DNA of 64,000 nucleotides from Legionella sp. (GTDB lineage Bacteria; Pseudomonadota; Gammaproteobacteria; Legionellales; Legionellaceae): NCBI GenBank assembly GCA_002863045.1, contig PKDH01000036.1, positions 3,630 to 67,629 of the forward strand, read 5' to 3'. Shown piece by piece: positions 63,421 to 64,000 of this stretch (position 1 is its first letter; each line of letters starts with the position of its first letter). The notes under the pieces were generated by a model. It saw only the letters and a program-made list of their open reading frames with translations, ran no database searches and was not told where the DNA came from. The position numbers and the translations under genes were made by a program.

Positions 63421-64000
63421 CTAAACTGTTTGTAATCTTTTTTGTGCTAGAAATAGACATGTTTCAAGCACAGAATCTGGGTTAAGCGACACGCTTTCAA
63501 TGCCTTCTTGCATAAGCCATTCGGCAAAATCTTGATGATCAGAGGGCCCCTGCCCGCAAATACCAATGTATTTATTAGCCTTTTTACAGGCCTTAATGGC
63601 CATATGTAATAATGCTTTAACCGCTTCATCACGCTCATCAAATTGTGAGGCAATCAAACCTGAATCACGGTCTAGCCCTAACGTTAATTGCGTTAAATCG
63701 TTTGACCCAATGGAAAATCCATCAAAATATTGCAAAAACTGTGATGCTAAAAGCGCATTAGCGGGTAATTCGCACATCATAATTAAGCGCAAATGATGCT
63801 GACCACGCTCAAGGTGATTTTCTTTTAATGCCGCTATGACCTGTTTGGCTTCGTTAACGGTACGCACAAAAGGAATCATGAGCTCGACATTGGTAAAACC
63901 CATCTCTTCACGCACACGTTTTACCGCTTGACATTCAAGCGCAAAACAATCAGCAAAGTGTGGTGAGATGTACCGTGATGCGCCCCTAAAGCCTAGCATA
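63421..64000 (-). CDS. ppsA: Phosphoenolpyruvate synthase, C-terminal PEP-utilizing TIM-barrel domain (partial; N-terminus beyond right edge)
   Basis: [27 protein letters not shown] and the catalytic-Cys context GICGQGPSD. The reading frame is open to the window edge. Confidence 0.9.
   Translation of the reverse strand, partial: MLGFRGASRYISPHFADCFALECQAVKRVREEMGFTNVELMIPFVRTVNEAKQVIAALKENHLERGQHHLRLIMMCELPANALLASQFLQYFDGFSIGSNDLTQLTLGLDRDSGLIASQFDERDEAVKALLHMAIKACKKANKYIGICGQGPSDHQDFAEWLMQEGIESVSLNPDSVLETCLFLAQKRLQTV

Overview
This is a 64 kb, visibly AT-rich gammaproteobacterial chromosome segment. I estimate GC in the high 30s by eye and did not compute it. It is almost fully coding and mostly housekeeping. 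Recognisable genes include aspS, the bio genes, coaE-zapD, lnt, leuS-lptE-holA-nadD, accD-folC-dedD-cvpA, dacA-ybeD-lipB, pilBCD, tldD, kdsA, pyrG, ribD-ribBA, clpSA, icd, mreBCD, nadC and a partial ppsA. I saw no rRNA, tRNA, CRISPR array, IS element or prophage.

The gene content and one regulatory motif suggest an intracellular Legionellales-type organism (Legionella, Coxiella, Rickettsiella or Aquicella-like). This is not proven, since no database search was possible.

The most unusual place is the biotin locus (about 4.4-12.1 kb). Where bioC is normally found there are three non-biotin elements:
- a divergent lumazine-synthase-like gene;
- an unlisted 43-codon ORF with an EDTFPASDP motif;
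- a 755-aa ORF combining a bilobed hydrophobic anchor with a GxSxG serine-hydrolase domain.

The 755-aa ORF is preceded by a tandem CTTAATAT repeat that resembles the PmrA box of Dot/Icm effector genes. Its stop codon overlaps the bioD start as ATGA.

Secondary oddities:
- a CSS-motif EAL phosphodiesterase followed by a secreted protein made of two Cys-patterned repeats;
- a MurG homologue that looks Firmicutes-type;
- a rib cluster lacking ribE and ribH;
- a saccharopine/lysine-dehydrogenase plus ALDH7-type pair;
- a DedA protein with a long extra membrane domain;
- a degenerate single-domain PilZ protein;
- several leader or operator-like inverted repeats.

All functional calls rest on motif and sequence recollection and on synteny.
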